Below, piece after piece: positions 59,703 through 64,000 of a DNA stretch of 64,000 nucleotides. Under the pieces are notes generated by a model. It worked only from the letters and a program-made list of their open reading frames with translations. It was not told the DNA's origin and searched no databases. The number at the start of each line of letters is the position of its first letter. Position 1 is the first letter of the stretch. The position numbers and the translations under genes were made by a program. This DNA comes from Macrostomum lignano (taxonomy: Eukaryota), in contig NIVC01001063.1 of the NCBI GenBank assembly GCA_002269645.1, positions 1 to 64,000 of the forward strand, given 5' to 3'.

Positions 59703-60239
59703 CGTGATGATGCGGTGCCGCCTGCAGAGCCTGATTTACTGAATCCCGGACGGTGTTAGCGGACTGCAGGCAGGAGGAATTGCTTCATGTTGCACCATGA
59801 GCTGCTCCGAGAGGGTATTTGAATGCGCAACGAGAAAATTCTATGCAGACCTGGAATTGGGGGGGGGGGCAATGTGCAATGGGAGGTCGGTGAGGCAAAA
59901 TGGGTGAGAGAGAGCAGAACACAAGAATGCAGCAGTTGTGAGTCCAGGGTCAGAGTGGGGGGAGGGCGGCGGGGGAGCCGCTGTCTGCACTGCGCACGCG
60001 GAATGCAATTGCAGGCGGCTGCCAGAGACGGGGAGGAGGGAGGGGGGAGCCCGGGCAGCGAGAGAACAGAAAACTTGCAGCGCGGCAGAGAACGGCCGAC
60101 TGACTGGCTGTACAGTGCGCGGAGGGCTGCGACTCTGGTCCAGCTCTGCTTGGCGGGCTGAAAGTTCGCCTAGCAACCATATTAACAGAGGGAAGACATA
60201 GCTGTGCATTAATAGGGAGAGGACTAGTGGCAGAGAAGA

Positions 60240-60770
60240 GCAAGAATGGAGCGGGAAAGAGAGGGAGAGCCAGGTGGGGGGGGAGCAGAGCTTGGGGGTT
60301 GGGAGAGGGGCAATAGGGAGATGAGAGAGAAGAGACTTAGAGAAAGAGAAGAGAGAAGAGTTGAGAGAGATGAGAGAGGAGATGAGAGAGGAGGTGTGAG
60401 AGGAGATGAAATAGAAGAGATGAGAGATAGGAGATGAGAGAGAGAAGAGATGAGAGCAAAGAAATGAGGGAGGAGATGAGAGAGGAGATGAGAGAGAGGA
60501 AATGAGAGAGGAGATGCGAGAGAGGAGATGCGAGAGGAGATGAGAGAGAGGAGATGCGGGAGAGGAGCTGAGAAATAAGAGATAAAGAAGAGGAGATGGA
60601 AGACGAGGAGACGAGGAGATGAGAGAAGGGATACGAGAGATGATATGAGAAAGGAGCTGATAGAGAGGAACTGAGAGAGAAGACGGGATAGAGGAGATGA
60701 GAGAAAGGGGAGGAGAGGAGATGAGAAGACGAGGAGATAGTGAGAAGGAGAGGCGGAGGGGGCGGGAACG
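60240..60770. repeat. GA-rich low-complexity tract
   Basis: Degenerate GAGAGGAGAT units. Confidence 0.9.
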
Positions 60771-61517
60771 GTCACTTCCCTGGGAGCAAGGAATGGCATT
60801 TCTATCGCAGCAGCACCAATATTATCAAATAGATGAGAAAGTCTTCCTTGCAAGCGCCGCGGCAGCTGTATCTGTCCCGAGGGGATCCTCAGCCCCTGGC
60901 TCCCTCGTGGGCGTCGGCTGGGACAGATAGCTATGCAAATAGGATGGTGTAAATATGGAACAATTCTAATGGAGGCAGTGAGACAAAGGATAAGTTGGAA
61001 CGGGGTCACAGCTGCTCAGCCTAATTACCAAATTATCTTGAAATAAGAAGTCTTACCGTAAATACGCCTTGTGTTGATAGCAAAGCTCGTAGAATAATCA
61101 TTGATCTCATAAGAGTCATAACTCTGGCATTTCATGCCAGCGAGCTGTCGTGTATTTATTGCTAGAGACCATAGACAGCATTCATATTAGTCTGCAGTCT
61201 TCATGCTTAGGTTTTAAAACAATCATTCTCTACTAATGCTCAGTAGTCTAAATAGCATGCACATTGTTAGCCAAAGAATTTCCGTCAGAACTCTTTCAGT
61301 TATTTCTATCCTAAGAGCTTCCTGCCGTTCATGCGGCCGCCGCGGTGCCGGTCGTGGTAGTGGCCCCGCTTCGGCGCAGCTCGGACTGCGGCCTCCCGCT
61401 CCAGCTGGGACTCGTGCAGCTCGGGCCTGGCTTGAGCCTGCTGGATGGCAGGGTGCCAACATTTTGCTGCAGCTTTGGACTTTAGAGGGCTAAGGGGCGA
61501 GAGCTGGTTTAGAGGCT

Positions 61518-61942
61518 ACTCTGTGACACTCATTCGGGCACCTCTGTGACACTCATTCAGGCACCTCTGTGACACTCATTCAGGCACCTCTCTGACACTC
61601 ATTCAGGCACCTCTCTGACACTCATTCCGACACCTCTCTGACACTCATTCGGGCACCTCTGTGACACTCATTCAGGCACCTCTCTGACACTCATTCAGGC
61701 ACCTCTCTGACACTCATTCGAGCACCTCTCTGACACTCATTCAGGCACCTCTCTGACACTCATTCGAGCACCTCTCTGACACTCATTCAGGCACCTCTCT
61801 GACACTCATTCAGGCACCTCTGTGACACTCATTCGAGCACCTCTCTGACACTCATTCAGGCACCTCTCTGACACTCATTCAGGCACCTCTGTGACACTCA
61901 TTCCGACACCTCTCTGACACTCATTCCGACACCTCTCTGACA
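61518..61942. repeat. 23-bp tandem repeat
   Basis: Unit ACCTCTCTGACACTCATTCAGGC, about 18 copies. Confidence 0.95.
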
Positions 61943-62757
61943 ATTATTTGGGCGCGTCTTCTACACTATTTATCTTTTCAGAGTCTGGGGCGTGTGCACC
62001 CTGACGCACTGCACTTTAACCGACATTGTCACACAACCGGCGAGAGGCATTACTGCCCATTCCACCGACTGCCCTGAGCAGGCACACAAGCGCGCGGATA
62101 CGTACGCAGTCATACGCACAGGCACACACTCACACAGGAGTGCACAGCGGCCCTAACTTTATTTATCGTTAGGCATGTACACTTCACTGCGCCTGGGGGG
62201 GTTGGCTCTCAAGGGCATTAATTGCACAAGCAGAGCCAAGCCGAGATTCCAATTCAGCCCCATATTACTGTGACTGCACTTGGAATCGAGCCGCAAGCAC
62301 ATGAGCCGGGGTGCAATTTCCCGAGATATACAGGTAACTGCTAGGGCTTAACGAAACAAATTTGAGTTGAGTTTGTACAAGCTAATTTGACAATTTAAAA
62401 ATTACCTGAAAAAGCGCAGCGCTGCAAACCAAGAGAAGCAGCAGAATTGCAGCAGTTGTTTTTGTCATTTTTTATGTATAATTTCTATGAATTTGAGCAG
62501 TCTGGTTGCTAGGCCGGGCAATTTATTTCCTGTTGTATTTATCAGCATTTTGGCAGCATTTTTCCTCCCCAACTGGGCGGAATTCGATCATTTTCCGGAT
62601 CAAACGGGAAAGGCAAACAACTCAGCGTCAGCCGGTGACTGACAGGGGCAGCAAAAAAACTTTTTGTTTTAATTGGGTTTTGAGCAGCCGCGGTTAAATA
62701 TTTTAAACATGCCTGATGCTGTTGGCGTATGCGGATCCACGACTTCAGTGAGTCGAA

Positions 62758-63425
62758 GAACAGCCTAGCTGTAGTACAGAATGGTCTGCCAAGCTGTCAC
62801 AGGGAGTGCCGGCAATGACAGCCTAGCTGTAGTACAGAATGGTCTACCAAGCTCTCACAGTGAGTGCCGGCAATGACAGCCTAGCTGTAGTACAGAATGG
62901 TCTACCAAGCTGTCACAGGGAGTGCCGGCAATGACAGCCTAGCTGTAGTACAGAATGGTCTGCCAAGCTGTCACAGGGAGTGCCGGCAATGACAGCCTAG
63001 CTGTAGTACAGAATGGTCTACCAAGCTGTCACAGGGAGTGCCGGCAATGACAGCCTAGCTGTAGTACAGAATGGTCTGCCAAGCTGTCACAGGGAGTGCC
63101 GGCAATGACAGCCTAGCTGTAGTACAGAATGGTCTGCCAAGCTGTCACAGGGAGTGCCGGCAATGACAGCCTAGCTGTAGTACAGAATGGTCTGCCAAGC
63201 TGTCACAGGGAGTGCCGGCAATGACAGCCTAGCTGTAGTACAGAATGGTCTGCCACAGTGAGTGCCGGCAATGACAGCCTAGCTGTAGTACAGAATGGTC
63301 TGCCACAGTGAGTGCCGGCAATGGCAGCCTAGCTGTAGTACAGAATGGTCTGCCACAGTGAGTGCCGGCAATGGCAGCCTAGCTGTAGTACAGAATGGTC
63401 TGCCAAGCTCTCACAGTGAGTGCCG
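62758..63425. repeat. 58-bp tandem repeat (some 48-bp variants) derived from the end of the GT31 CDS
   Basis: Unit CAGCCTAGCTGTAGTACAGAATGGTCTGCCAAGCTGTCACAGGGAGTGCCGGCAATGA, about 12 copies; the last copy encodes ALTVRAWQTILYYS*. Confidence 0.93.
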
Positions 63426-63849
63426 GCACGGGCTCGCTGTCGAACTCATTGAACACGACAGCCTGGGTGAGCTGCAACCCGGTCAGACTGGGATTTAGGT
63501 AGCTGAAGTCCCAGCCGGGCGCCCAGTGCAGCAGGGCGGCTCCCAAGCACTCGTGCGCCACCGCCCCAGTCACGAAAATGTCGTCAATCCAGAAGTAATT
63601 GCGCCACTGCGCGCACAGGTGAAGGGGGCCCAGCAGATCTGCTGAGAACAGGTAGGCCAGGCCTTTGCAGTGCAGCGGGTACTCCTGCACCGGCCACTCG
63701 GACGGGCTGACGAACCACTTGTACTGCGGATCGGACATCCGGGTCTCCTGCTTGGCCGTCATGCAGTAGAAGAAGTTGCGGGTCTCCAACAGCCGGTCCG
63801 AGATGTACTCCACCAGGCGGAATGTGTTCACCAGCACGTCATCGTCCGT
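63379..63849 (-). CDS. Beta-1,3-galactosyltransferase-like (GT31), terminal exon
   Basis: Acceptor CCTCCAG|ACG; TDDDVLVN (DxD), KWFVSPSEWP..EYP.HCKGLAYLFS, FWIDDIFVTG; upstream exons lie outside the window. Confidence 0.9.
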   Translation of the reverse strand, partial: TDDDVLVNTFRLVEYISDRLLETRNFFYCMTAKQETRMSDPQYKWFVSPSEWPVQEYPLHCKGLAYLFSADLLGPLHLCAQWRNYFWIDDIFVTGAVAHECLGAALLHWAPGWDFSYLNPSLTGLQLTQAVVFNEFDSEPVPALTVRAWQTILYYS

Positions 63850-64000
63850 CTGGAGGCGGGGTGAGGTTGGCTGGGAAGTGAGGTGGAGAGTAAGGTAGGG
63901 AGTTAGATGGGGAGTAAGGTGAGGAGTGAGGTGGGAAGTGAGGTGGGAAGTGAGGTGGAGAGTAAGGTAGGGAGTGAGGTGGGGAGTGAGGTGGGGAGTA

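Noticed and set aside
60224-61009. 261-aa minus-strand ORF
   Set aside because: Mostly the antisense of a GA-rich tract; no recognisable domain.
1-64000. tRNA, rRNA or spliced-leader RNA genes
   Set aside because: None recognised by eye; only tRNA-complementary PBS-like motifs were seen. A covariance-model scan was not possible.

Overview
Eukaryotic (animal) genomic DNA. GC-rich exons, minisatellite-filled introns and poly-Ala/Gln coding suggest a free-living flatworm such as Macrostomum (inference only). Host genes: the 3' end of a DEG/ENaC channel (1-300), a Nova/Pasilla three-KH splicing factor (20272-23898), three uncharacterised membrane-protein genes, a small secreted acidic protein (52458-53471) and the last exon of a GT31 beta-1,3-galactosyltransferase (63379-63849). 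0.3-10.9 kb and 17.9-20.2 kb are AT-rich, CpG-depleted transposon graveyards. They hold a Penelope-like GIY-YIG remnant, MITE-like elements and two copies of an element carrying a tandem array of 'LTR-end + tRNA-Leu PBS'-like units. An intact Sola2-type DNA transposon (10975-17301; 14-bp TIR, AGTA TSD) encodes a 771-aa transposase with a PHD finger. A ~17.9-kb Polinton/Maverick (32649-50531) carries integrase, minor and major capsid, adenain protease (split by a 721-bp TA-flanked MITE), packaging ATPase and protein-primed PolB. It also carries a PC4-like gene, a two-repeat TBP-like gene, three identical TATATAAG boxes and a possible spliced PolB leader exon. Many ORFs, host and viral, show single-base indels, so some frameshifts may be assembly errors.
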